Positions 1 through 11,939 of a stretch of 64,000 nt of DNA are shown here, piece by piece. A program made the translations under genes and the position numbers. The notes beneath the pieces were generated by a model. That model made no database searches, had not been told where the DNA came from, and saw nothing but the letters and a program-made list of their open reading frames with translations. The stretch covers positions 2,420,001 to 2,484,000 of the forward strand of contig NC_087252.1 of assembly GCF_037042905.1 (NCBI RefSeq), written 5' to 3'. Source of the stretch: Lytechinus pictus (Eukaryota). The number at the start of each line of letters is the position of its first letter. Within the stretch, counting starts at the first letter, position 1.

Positions 1-800
1 GGTTTTACCGTTTCAGCAGATCCTCCGGGGTTCGGTTTCGCATTATTCAAGGGATCGGCATCTTTGACATCACTTTTCTGTACTTCCGGTTCAAGATTAC
101 TGGTTTTCTTACACTCCTCTCCCCTGTCTTCTTCAACCACTTCTTCAACTTTCATCTCAGATTCTAGTTTCTGTTTCCAAGCACCTGACATTAATAGTGG
201 CATCTTAATCTTTTCTCTCCTGGATCCAAAGACCCCCCTGCTTGCCAGGTCTCGCTTTTCTTCCTCCTTTCTATCACGCTCAGCTTGCTCGCTTTCTTTA
301 GATGCTGTTATCGTTGTTTCCTGTATATCCGTTTCAGATTTGTCCCCCTGTGGAACTTGATCTGCTGATGAGGTTTCGTCTTCAAGCCCCATCGTCTTTA
401 GCGATTCATCAAGAGACTTTTCGACAGGAGTCCCTTGTTTGAATTCCTTGCTCTCTGGGCTCGTACTCGACTTTGGTTTAAATGAAAACACGTATTCCTC
501 TTTCAGCCAACTGTTGTCCCCGTCCTGAGGAGGAGGAGGGATGCAATTGAGATACTTAGGTCTCTGTGCAGCTTTCACAAAACGAAGATCATTGTCCTGG
601 TCAAACACCTGCTTCATGAAGAAACTCCGCTGGTTCCACGACATCGCCGTTTCCCGTTTCCTCTTCTCCCTGTCGATCTTCCTGAGAGTAGCAGCCAACC
701 GCCGTTCCTCACCCGGGTTTCCCAGGGAGATGCCTATCTCCCCGTTCCGTCCACCCCTCGACTCTGAGCGGTTGCTACGTCTAGCTACCTTCTGAGCCAT
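1..800 (-). CDS. First coding exon (partial, runs off window edge) of an uncharacterised protein: basic/coiled-coil-like N-terminus then Glu/Lys/Ser-rich low-complexity region (MAQKVARRSNRSESRGGRNGEIGISLGNPGEERRLAATLRKIDREKRKRETAMSWNQRSFFMKQVFDQDNDLRFVKAAQRPKYLNCIPPPPQDG...)
   Basis: Stop-free minus-strand frame of 266 codons from ATG at 800-798 to the window edge, with coding-like composition. A splice acceptor (pyrimidine tract + CTGCAG, AG at 860-859) lies 58 nt upstream of the ATG. The ORF track omits it because it has no stop in the window. Confidence 0.85.
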   Translation of the reverse strand, partial: MAQKVARRSNRSESRGGRNGEIGISLGNPGEERRLAATLRKIDREKRKRETAMSWNQRSFFMKQVFDQDNDLRFVKAAQRPKYLNCIPPPPQDGDNSWLKEEYVFSFKPKSSTSPESKEFKQGTPVEKSLDESLKTMGLEDETSSADQVPQGDKSETDIQETTITASKESEQAERDRKEEEKRDLASRGVFGSRREKIKMPLLMSGAWKQKLESEMKVEEVVEEDRGEECKKTSNLEPEVQKSDVKDADPLNNAKPNPGGSAETVK

Positions 801-3456
801 AGTCCCGGCAAGATGTATCGTGCACCTCTAATTAGTTCCTCGTGATCATGATAATATTCTGCAGGGGGGGGGATATGAAAAAAATAGAAACGATAAGACC
901 ATTACCTTCAAAATTTCCACATTACTGGCCATTAAAATTCCTTAAAAATTCAGCATTCTTAAACAAGTTTTAATATCCATTTCCGAAAAAAAATCCACAA
1001 AAAGCATACTAATTTATAATGTCATAATTACAAAAATAAGAAAAACTTCGTTCCTTACAAAAGAAATTCCATCCGACTTCAAATGATGATGACCCAAGAG
1101 CTACCCAGAAGCATCAATTCAATAAATACTTGAACGTTGGAATATAGAGTAATAAAATAACCGACCAGCTTTACAGTGTAGCCGCATCGATGTCAATTAA
1201 GTATTATAACCCCAGTGTTGTTTGACCACACCAATAATTTCCTTAATGTCTCCAATATTGAAAAAGGGAACTCTTGGCACAAATTAATCGATAAGACTCA
1301 GAAGGTAAAGGCCACAATAAAGAATAAGATCCTCCCAAAGCGACCCGCTCCTTCGATGTAATTCCACATGTTAACTCATCCCTATACCGGGGCCATTTTA
1401 TCATCTAGTTTAACCTATTGTTGTGGCGAAAGCACCCGTTATTGCGGTCACCCAAAACCTTATAGACTCCTTTGTTCGGATACATTGATCAGTTATCGAT
1501 TGGTTTTGTGTAGTAGTGAAAAGAAAGAAAGGTAGAAGTATGCAAACTAGTATTCAGTGTTGCTGGGATATTTGGGTTTTGTTTAGAGAATGGAGATCGG
1601 AGCAATAACCCAACAGAGACATGTACATGGAAGAGTCTCGAGGGGTGTGTGGGCTTTGTCGTCTGGTCGAAATCATTTAAAAAACACACACAAATTAATA
1701 TGTCAGAAAAATTAGTTGTTAAGTAATTTCAAATTTGAATACTCTAATTATATCATTTCCATGAGTGAAATTTGCCATTCACTGGTTTATTGTGATACAA
1801 ACGTTTTCAAAGAAAATGAAGTTTACAAATGAGATGACAAAAATAAATAATTTACATGTCAGCAGAAATAATACACTTATTTCAACACAGGGTTAATGCC
1901 TTTTAATAGCAAGTTGTAAGCATGAATTAAGAATCCGGGCACATTCGATGATCCATTTATATATCTTAGTTCATTGAAAAATTTAGATCCAGTACATGGC
2001 ATATGATCATCATAAATTATCATGTTTTACTTATAAAAAAGTAAAATTTACAAATGTATGCTATAATTCTTAGAATATGGAAATCATTTAATCCATTAAT
2101 TGAAATTGTTGTTTATAATATTACATGTGAAATAAGCTTACTGAAATAAGCAATTATCGGGTTTGGCTATAAATTTGGAATGATCATGAAAGAAGTTACT
2201 CCTGTCTGGTGAAACTGTTGGATTTGAATTGTAATGCTCGTTATAGTGTCCCCATTTTATCGCGGAAGCGTTCATACCAAAGTTGCCATACGTACTCTTA
2301 TGTAATTTCTGATGCAGTGGCTACTTGCAGTGGATTACGGGGAAGAAAATATATCAATCGAATTTATTTCAATCTGATGATCCTGATCGAGCCTCTTTTT
2401 TGTTTATTCTGATTCATTTTTTTTTTCTTATCTTTATTTTTATCTATTTTTATTAATATTATTATTTATTTTATTCTTTATGTTTCATTTTTCTATTTTT
2501 TATTTTAATTTATTTCTTTATTTATTCATTTTGTTATTATCATTATTATCATTTTTTTTATTCGGAGGGGGGGGGGGGGCAATCATGAGCTACCACTGCC
2601 ACTCAAACATCATAGTCTATTTTCTTATACCCTAAGTAATTTTAATTCCCTTGAGTTCAGTCGGGAAAATTAACAGATCGATACCAGCAGTGTCTTGTCA
2701 TTAACGCTTCAAGAGACAGCAAAACGTGCGAAATGTCATTATTTCAGGTTAGATATATAAGTGATAGTAAGTGATGGATACAAACATATATATCATCCTG
2801 TTCTTTAGGGTATATATTGACATTTTACATCTCAAAGATGCAAAGCTATGAAACGAAAATCGATTAATGAGCACTCCGTTGATTTGCCAGAAACGAGGTC
2901 GGGTTTGGTCAACAAAATGGCGCTTGGAAATAGGGAAATGAAATGTTATACAATTATCAAATCATAAATGTAGACTGATTATAGTATGCGGAAAAAATTG
3001 GCTCAAAGGTATAAATCGATTAAGTGTATACTCTTTGATAGTCATCACATGACTACTTCATGAAAGTTGTCAGCAGCTATACGTAATCTTTATCTAACCG
3101 TAGCCATAGTAACAAACAGAAGCCAGTGCTTCTCAGCCAATCAACAATCTCAAATTGAGTCAGCGCTCACGACTGATGTCATTAAAATGTCACCGAAATA
3201 TCTCTTTGATTGTACGGCACGGACCTTGGAGCGATTTGTAAAGAGGGGTGTCGGTTTGTTAGCATTCACCCCATCCCCCTCCCCTCCGAAAAAGGAAGGG
3301 AAACAAATTAAAAAAGGATGGGATTTACGTCAGAAAAAATGACAAGACATTTTTTTTTAAGCTAAAAAGAAATAAATAAAAACAAAATTGAGGAGATTTA
3401 GGTCAATATCTATATTTTAGAGTAGCAACCTCATTTCATGGGGGATTTTAATAATA

Positions 3457-3545
3457 GCAGGGCCCGCTGGGAGAACAGTTTTCGGAACTGAAGCGGCTTC
3501 CCTGGGTAAATATACCTGTATTATTATTATTATTATTATTATTCT
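3457..3545 (+). repeat. 3' tail of a LINE/SINE-like retroposon (GCAGGGCCCGCTG...CCCTGGGTAAATA + (ATT)n); second copy at ~29196-29265
   Basis: Two dispersed similar copies in the window, each ending in an A/T simple-repeat tail. Confidence 0.55.
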
Positions 3546-3904
3546 ATGTTCTTCATGCACCCTGGGTTTTTGTTTTGTTTTTGTTTTTTTACAATGAATC
3601 CCCAACTAGGAGCTATTTACGATTAAAATTTATTTCGTGTTCTTATACGTACATTCATTTTTGTGAAGATACGCACGCCGGGCTGCCCCTTTCAAAATAC
3701 ACTCACCCTTCCCATTTACACTGCCCTACTTTACTTTGAAAGGTTGTACTTTTCGAAGGACATTCAGAACGGGAAGACAAGAAAATGAGATTATCTCAGG
3801 CGAAGGAGGAAAGACAAATATTCCTCCAAAGGACTTGCTCTTGTTTTCCACATCTTAACCTGGTCTAACATGCTAGGGTTGGTCCATTATTTTAGTCTGC
3901 CTAA

Positions 3905-4010
3905 GGCTACAGATACACCAACGAAACCGACTCCAAACCGACTGATGATCTGTCATTGGTAATAATGTAATAGCTTTGATCGGTTTGGAGCCGGTTTCGC
4001 TCGTGTAACT
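3905..4010. mobile_element. Short hairpin MITE (GAAACCGACTCCA...TGGAGCCGGTTTC family); other copies ~24394-24505 and ~54631-54710
   Basis: Internal inverted repeats and three related copies in the window. Confidence 0.65.
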
Positions 4011-4508
4011 TGGTCTCTCTGTGTACATTGCAGGTAAAGACGTGTTTTGTGTAATAACAATTAGAAAGCAAATAACAGGTACATGTGAACATCCTTGATG
4101 GTCAATAACTGAAAAACCTTTTTTTAAAGGACAAAGTTTTTTCACACCCTCCTAAAGTGGCCATAGCGACGACTGGCTAGACAGGAATGGGCTGGTCATT
4201 TAAATTTGTTCTTACAACTATCTAAAATTAAAATCGTTGATTTTATTGAGAGAAAAATAGAAGTCAGAGTTACAGTTCGGTTTTATTTCCAGTGAAAAGT
4301 GGATCCGAAAAGAAAGGATACCCTGGGAAGATTAGATATGATATCACTGTAAACCTAATAGACTTTCTCCTAAAAATAAAAAGTTTTTGTCAAAACAACT
4401 ATACCACGTATAGTAACGAGGGTTTTTTGTTTAATAAGAATCTTGTATTTCGTTTAATAACAAATATATTTAGTGTTCCTTTGATCTGATTATTGGTTCA
4501 ATATTGAA

Positions 4509-4650
4509 AAGCTTCAGGATCGCACACAACTAGCTCTCATTCATCAAGATGTCAGGTCGCCGAAAAGGAGAGAATGGTCTCGGAAAGGGTGGTGCCAAGC
4601 GTCTTTGCAAGGTTCTACGAGACAACATCCAAGGTATCACGAAGCTTTAG
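4509..4650 (+). pseudogene. H4: Truncated histone H4 pseudogene (orphon) with part of the 5' leader
   Basis: 4549-4650 translates [33 protein letters not shown] versus canonical H4 [33 protein letters not shown] (26/31 identical after Met). Homology stops at K31 and a stop follows. The upstream CAGGATCGCACACAACTAGCTCTCA resembles the sea-urchin early H4 leader as recalled. Confidence 0.92.
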
Positions 4651-6430
4651 ATTAATCAGATTTTTTTTCAAATGGGATAGACTCAACTGGAAAAGGGGGA
4701 GGGGCAGAATATGACAACAGAAAATAGAAGCAATAGCTGAAAAGTAGCTGACTGCCAAATAAAAGCAAAAACGTCCATGAAAATCTCTCTGAAACACATA
4801 CGTATGCCGTGGAGTGATTTGAATATCAGACGGCATGTTAAAGATTCAATTACCGGTACATGTTTCCACAATGCATTGGATTGACTGTCTCCTGTCGATT
4901 TTCACAAAGAAAAGGAGAAACAACAGATACCTACAAAGTACAGAAACCTCAGAAGAGTTAGAAAAAAGGTCAGCGAATTCTTATCAATGACTATTGGTTC
5001 TTTATGATTATACAACTGATCCAACAAAATTGAACAAACAAGACTCTAATGAGCAATTATCCCATTTCTGTGACTGAAAATCATTATCTAAATTCTGTTC
5101 TTGGGACAATAATTGTAACACATGGCATAAAACTGAGGGGTTCTGGTGCCTCGTGCATTTTCACTTTGCAAGCACCAACGCGTTGGTAACGCGTTGCAAC
5201 GTCTTCAGGTAAATTGGGGCTTTACATATCGAATATTCGAAAGTCACATATCAATGTTATCCAATGTCCTTAACTTCCCAGAAGGGAAAATCCATCTGCA
5301 ATTTCAGAACTTTCATGAGACCAATATGAGCGAATGAATTAAAGCCAAATCTTGAAACACTTAACAATATTCGAAGAAGAAAAAAATATCTTTAAGTCTA
5401 GCGAACATTATACATTTACAACAACAAAATATTTGAATTTATCGATTCAAGTCCATTTGTAAAAATATGAAATAAATAGTTAAATGAATAAAATAATAAA
5501 TGGACACCTAAATTATCATGATTGCAGTTTTTTTCTGACCAGTGAGGGAGGGGAGGGGGTCCATGGCCTTGGGAAGTGGGGATGCTGAAACACCCGCAAG
5601 ATTTTCCTGGGGTGCTGCGTGCAATCTTCTCCATAGGCACTACCCCTTGGAATTCTATTAGGTGTGACAAAATTGAGAAATATAACCTAATGACCTTCAT
5701 TTTGTATAAAAAGTGTATTTTTTATTGCTTGCTTGTCAAATTTCTTGGGACCAAAATGACCTTCATTTTGTAGTGAAACCCCACTTTTTGTTTGCTTCTC
5801 AAATTTAGATCAACACCCCCTATAAAAAAAAAAATCGTTCCCAGGGCCCTGAGGCTTTGCCAGTAGACTCAAAGTTAAGATTAAATATATCTGGATTCGC
5901 TGTTGATTTTCATAGTGTTGCTTTTTTGTTTTTCTCCCAGTTGTATAGATAAATGATCATATTATGATCTTATTCATGTTTTGTACATATTTTGCCAGTT
6001 ACATAGTTGTATAATAATTCATAAGGGGCCATGGTTGAAAACCAGTGAACATACATAAAGATGTAATGTTCTGCAGTTATCATAATAAGATAATATGAAT
6101 TTTATCACCTCATTCTATAATGTCTTGTCGTTTGAATTCCCCCTTAGGCATATTCCTTCACACTCGTTTCAAGCACCATTCACCGAGAATGGAGTAGGGG
6201 TAATTATGTACACAATGTGCAAAAGGGGGAGAGGGCCCCCTCATCAATCAATAGAGATTGAAATTGTACATAAATGTGAGAGGGACAATAGGATAAACAA
6301 AATAGATATAATAGGGACACCTGCATATAAGTACTATACTAGATCTATTTTGTCTGCGTTCATTGTGCTAATAAAACGGGGTTCATTACAATGGATGATT
6401 AATGAATATCGGGATCATTAGCTTAAAGCC

Positions 6431-6455
6431 GCTGCTATAGAAACAATCACGTGAC
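6431..6455. promoter_or_regulatory. RFX X-box-like motif (GCTGCTATAGAAAC) next to a USF/TFE-type E-box (TCACGTGAC)
   Basis: Motif match only; lies upstream of the minus-strand coding exon. Confidence 0.35.
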
Positions 6456-7676
6456 TTTTGAATGGAACTATCTGAGGAGGGACCGGGAGGCTTATTTTTA
6501 CGTTGCGACGAGAATCCTGTTTTCTGTGATTAGATTTAAGTCATTTGATTCATAAAAAGAAATATGTAGATAAACAATTTTGTAAAAATAAATTAATAAA
6601 ACTTGATGAAATAAAAAAGATAAATAAGAAAATGAATAAAATAAAGAAAGAAATGAACAAGCCAACAAACAAATCAACAAATAGTAAATGAATATTTTCA
6701 TAGTGGGATACAATGAAAGTATTGCTTTTTATAAAATTTACATGTTAAAAAAGTTAAAGTTAAAGCATAAATATCTCCCTTTTGGAGATTTTTCGTCTTT
6801 CGGATTTGAAAATAATATGAAGAAATACTGAGTTTGGATAATAAATGTCAATGAGTGTGGTAACAATTCGAAGACTATTAGCCCGGTTATGGAATTCAGT
6901 AATGGTGTTTCATGTACGAATGGGGAAGTGAAGGGGGGGCTCAAAACGTTATGGTCTCTGTTAACCCTTATCCTCACACTACTGTAACTCAACTATCAAT
7001 GTTTATCGCATGAACGGATAACTATTCACTGCAAAAAAGCCTCGTACTTGACCCATCGAATATTCTTTTCTACTTAATTGTTTAATCCCTCTTAGCCATG
7101 GTCGATTATCATGGTCTGAAATCGATTGTGTCGGTCGCGTTCTCCTAATCCTCTTTTTACCCTGTTCTATTCATGCTTTGTGGGTTTTTGATCCTCCTGC
7201 TTTCTTTTTAATTCTTGTCCCGTACTTGACCTTGCTGGTTTTCTCTTCTATGCTTTCAATCAGTCCAATTCAGTTCTATTTTCAATTTGTTCCATAAAAT
7301 CTAAGAATAAACGCATTATGTTGATCTTTTTTAACAAGTCTATCAAATCTAGGAATAAACGTCTACGCTGATGTTGTTTAATCAAGACATTTTAATTAAA
7401 ACCCAAATCGTCCTATACAATCTAAAACCAACATTTATTAATGTCGCAATAAATGGACCTGCTCTGCTACCTCATGTATGTTTTGTATAACATGTTTCAA
7501 TATGATGCATGAATATAAATGTAAAAGGAGACTGAACTTAAATATCTTGGAGACAGAGTTCAGACATTGTTTTTTATGTATGACTGCCATAATCATAAAC
7601 AAGAACACGGAATAATTGCTGAGAACTCAAGACCGAATCCGGCTGATACAGCAATGTAATTGTGAAATGGCATTTG

Positions 7677-7691
7677 GTTTCCTATAGCAAC
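7677..7691. promoter_or_regulatory. RFX X-box (GTTTCCTATAGCAAC)
   Basis: Fits the GTNNCC-N0-3-RGYAAC consensus; function not demonstrated. Confidence 0.4.
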
Positions 7692-8044
7692 ACTATACAC
7701 AAATCGCCTAAAACATGGAATCCACAGAGAAAGAGATTGGCAAAACAAGCTGACCATAAATTTCTATGAACTTGGGGATAAAGTTCACGGTCGAGTCACC
7801 TTTCAAGCTATTTTTCAGATATTATCTGATCAGTGATTCAGAAATGACATTCTGTCGGGGGTATTGAATATAGGAATTTCGGGGTATTGAAACCGGAACT
7901 TGCGTGGAGAAAAAAAATATTGCATTCAAGGCCATCTGTATCAGTAAATAGTATACATATATTTCATCAAAATATGCAGTATTGTATGTGGTATCAGCCC
8001 TACATTGTTGTGAGGGTGAAGTATTTGTTTAAAAGAAATAAGAG

Positions 8045-8420
8045 CACTAATACTACTACTGCTACAATTACTACAACTACTACAACAACTACTACTACTA
8101 ATACTACTTCTACTCCTATTATCATTTCTGATATAAAGGTATTGCAGTTGATAATAATGCGATCATTTGGAGTATTATTAATAATATTATAAATGATAGG
8201 AATGATAGTGATGGCGATAATAATAAAAATATTGATGATGATGATAATGAAAATGATTATAATAATAACGATAATAATAATTATAATTGACAATAACAAT
8301 ACTACTACTATACTGAATAATAATAATAATAATGATGATGATGATAATAGTATAATAACAACAACAAAAAACAATGGTAATGATATTGATAATACTAACT
8401 TAATAATTGTTATATATTTT
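8045..8420. repeat. Degenerate (ACT)n/(AAT)n/(GAT)n trinucleotide microsatellite
   Basis: Directly visible; the source of spurious poly-T/I/N ORFs. Confidence 0.95.
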
Positions 8421-8574
8421 AAATATTTTAATTTCAAAAGTGTTGTGTTTACGAATCTTTTTAAAATGAAGAGAAAGAATAAAAGACATTAAGAAATTAA
8501 TTATTTTCATCATTGATCATTATTTGTTCGTATGTTATTTCTGTAATATTCTGAAAATCGGTTGTTCGAATGCA

Positions 8575-8612
<38 letters not shown>

Positions 8613-8867
8613 ATCTGCGTCGCTGTCTCTCCTTCTGCATACGCCTTATATCTCCTCAGAGATACCATAATTTTGTATGTGTACACGCTGTATCATAAAT
8701 TTCACTAAACGGCAGTTTTAAAAGGTATAGAGCCATGAGAAGCCAAAAAACCGAACGGGAGAACAAAAAATACCAACACAATAATCACTGTACCTAGTGT
8801 AACTAGAATGATAATACATGTAAATTATCAGGAATTTATTAAAAGTAACAACTTTTCAAACACTTAC

Positions 8868-9270
8868 TTTATTCTTAGGGGAAGTCCACGTTCCTTACGA
8901 CATTATTCCTTCCTGAGCTTTGCTTGAGAAGAAGAACAAAATTCGATTGAACTTTGGTATTATGCTTGGTAACTCTTGTTAATATTGCCGTACTTCGAAG
9001 TACAGACTCGAGAGCATGCAGTACTGAAGGCTTTAGTAAGTTCTACAATGTACTTAAGTATTCGATCCGTTTATGGTTTTATTGTTGGCGAAGCTCATCC
9101 CTATATCCCCTGTGGTATGCCTCCGACCAGTGTCATTACACTTCTCGACTGTCTGCTGAGCGTAATTCAAAAAAATTGTCAGTTAAACCCGGATTCAGCA
9201 CTCGACGCAGTGGGGCCAGAAGTTCTAAAGTTTACGCACCGACTAATACAATCAAGAAGTCACCCCCTCC
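8868..9270 (-). other. Candidate non-coding first exon/promoter of the minus-strand gene
   Basis: CpG-rich island ending in a strong minus-strand donor AAA|GTAAGTG (plus CACTTAC at 8861-8867), which could splice to the acceptor at 859. An alternative donor AGG|GTGAGT lies at 3707/3706. Confidence 0.35.
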
Positions 9271-9950
9271 CGCTTAGGAAATGTCTTCATCTTCTTTTTT
9301 TTCAGATTCATGACCTCTCCCTTTCCCGTCTCTCTCTCTCTCTCTCTCTCTCTCCTGTATGATCCTACTTGGGAGGAGCCGCGGAACCCCCCCCCCCCAC
9401 TTTCAGTACCGTTCGGCGGTCCCCGGGGGGGGGGGGGGTTACTGACAAAATTTCACCAAAAAAAATCACCATAAACGTGCATGAAATCCTTCAATTTTGT
9501 CTTTAGAAAATGCCAAAGCGCACCAGGACAAGCTTGGTCGCTCCGTTCCCTCGCTCTCGAGTTAATTCGATGTTTTTTTTTTTTCTTAAATGCGTTTTAC
9601 CCCCGAAAACAATTTTGATTTAATCATTCCTCTTCTTTCGCCCCCCCCCCCCCCCTTCATCTCTTCTTTATCTTGTTGGTCTCCGTGTTTCGTTATCCTT
9701 TCAATCTACCATCTGCATTTTTTCTCTTTTGTCCGATCATTTCTTTTTTTCACCATTATGACCATAGAACTTAATATTTGCCACCAAAAGCAGAGTTGCA
9801 AGGTAGTGCTTGCCGACATTACAAAAAAGAAAAATTGTTACATTTGGAATATATAATTTGCTTTTAAGAACCTTACACATTATTACATGCATGTTATTAT
9901 TTTGCTCATTTTGTTTTGGATTTGTTTGTGTTTTTTAAGAGAGAGAGAAG

Positions 9951-10137
9951 GTGTGTGTGTGTGTGTATTTGAGTTTTTGTCAGACGTGTATCAGTCAGAT
10001 ATGATTATTTACGTCTGGGACCGACCTTTAACGTCACCATCAGAAAGACGTGACCAAGGTTTGAACCTCGAGCCTCTGCATCAATTTGTAACTTCCCCAC
10101 GTAGCTTGGATTACAGGCGCACGCCACAACGCCCAGG
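9951..10137 (-). mobile_element. SINE with 7SL (Alu-domain)-like head, B-box, Meta-domain-like core and (CA)n tail
   Basis: Minus strand reads CTGGGCGTTGTGGCGTGCGCCTGTAATCCAAGCTAC (7SL/Alu 5' end-like), then GGTTCAAACC (B box), then GTCTTTCTGATGGTGACGTTAAAGGTCGGTCCC (MetaSINE core-like), then a CA repeat. Confidence 0.75.
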
Positions 10138-11350
10138 TATTTCATCTCATTTTTTTTTTATTACATACGTATACTTATTTTCTCGTTGAGTATTGGATGA
10201 ATATAAAGCCCAGTATAATAATGTCTGTCTCGAGTGTCCAATTCTTGGTAAACAAAGCATCCTAAAATGGATCGAAGACTATAGCTTAACTTCGCGGGGA
10301 GTTTCTTTTTGATTGAACGCCCGCCCCCTCGGCGTCATTGTTGTCCAACAAAGCGTCTCGACTATCGATCGCATTTCGATACAAAAGCTCGATCGCAAGT
10401 TTATTTATGCCGGTGAGGGGTAAAAGAAATTGCTACACTACCATGATTATTGAACAGCAAGAGAGTGGAGGGGGTGCGTGCCCTCGCCTTTTGAACAATT
10501 TATCTTACCCCTTAAAAGCTGATGTTGCAATGTCGCATATTTTACAAATAAATTCAACAGTAGTAATGATTAGTTTTCTTCCCTGCCTTCATATTATAGA
10601 AGTTAGTAAGCGGCAATAGTTGTTGAATAACATAAGTTTAATAATCATCAGTAACAATTGTGCAACTTGGAATTCTTGATTCGGAGAAAATAACATGGAA
10701 ACAAAAGTCATTATTATTCCCCCCAAACTAATTCAGCTTGCATATAGGGTTGAAGATCGCGCATCACCAAAAAAGAGGGCGTAATTCTGTGTCATTGGAA
10801 GTGCTCGATTGAGTGTGCGACGAACAGACGACGCCAATTTGAGGGGTTTCGTCTACATCCGGCGTTAATATAACAAAATCTTTTTGCGCATATTTGTCAT
10901 CAACAGAAATTACGAGGTTTCTTGACTAATGAGGGACTGCTGATGTATTGATGCGAAACCGATTTGTTGTGTGAAGTATGATATGCATTTGTAGTTTTAT
11001 CAACACAATTTTTTTCTGAACTTCATGGAATATTCATTAATCGTAATTATTTGTCATCATCTCCATTATCTTGATGAATCGCAAATCGTCGTCGCCATCT
11101 TCACCACTATACAACTATTACAATCATTCCTTCATGAATTGATTAATTAATCCATTGATCAGTTCACTCACCAGTTCATTAATTTAGTAATACGTGTATT
11201 CATTTATAATTCATTTTACATATTCATTCATCTATCCATTCTCCATTCATTCATCTATCAATTCTCTTATCCATTTTAAGATCTAATTTCACATCCGACT
11301 TTCGACAAGGAATCCGGGAACAGTCTATGATCAAAACAAGCTCACAGCAT

Positions 11351-11939
11351 GGAGAATGAAACTCTTGGAGCAAGTTAGCTTTTGTGAAAGTAGAAAAATC
11401 AAAGAATAAGATCAACAAAAGTTTGAGTAAAATAGGACTAGCAATAGAAGAGTTATGAGCATTTGAATGTCGAGATCACTAATGCTATGGCGATCCTCCC
11501 ATTGGCAATGCGACCAAGATCTATGATGTCACAGATGAACAACTCTCCCCTTTTGGACACTGAAAATATACCCCAAAACATCTCTTTTTGCTCATTCTAA
11601 TCATATGACAAACGATTCATCAATGATATAATGTTGTGAAACCTCTGTACTTGTCCTCTCATACAAAGAGAACACATCACCTTGTGATAGACTCTATAAA
11701 AGTGAGAATATAAGTGAAATAAGTACTAAAGTAATGAGGGAGTTGTACGTGTGTGACATCACAGATCTTGATCGCATTGCCAATGGGAAGATCTACATTG
11801 CATTAGCGATCTCGACATTCAAATGCACATAACTTTCTTATTATTCATTCAATCTTCCTCAAACTTTCAACAATATGTTTCTTTGATTTTTCTCTTTGAT
11901 ATGGATTCAGCTGGTTTCAAGGGTTTCATTCTCCTTTAA
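11351..11939. mobile_element. Non-autonomous DNA transposon (Kolobok-like MITE), ~190-bp imperfect TIRs
   Basis: GGAGAATGAAAC...GTTTCATTCTCCT ends, TTAA at right end (11936-11939). Long inverted match, e.g. CATTTGAATGTCGAGATC / GATCTCGACATTCAAATG and CCCATTGGCAATGCGA / TCGCATTGCCAATGGG. Confidence 0.85.

Noticed and set aside
64..795. Plus-strand ORFs 64..360 and 541..795
   Set aside because: Antisense shadows of the real minus-strand coding exon.
7887..8492. Long hydrophobic/poly-T/N ORFs
   Set aside because: Translations of trinucleotide microsatellite; the same applies to 23023-23371, 46487-46775 and 62340-62797.
9194..9217. REST/RE1-like site (TTCAGCAC...)
   Set aside because: Only the left half-site matches; the right half GGACAG is absent.
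10095..10137. Functional 7SL/SRP RNA gene or human Alu contamination
   Set aside because: Similarity is limited to ~40 nt. There is no S domain or Alu dimer/poly-A, and it is fused to a non-Alu core in native-looking flanks.
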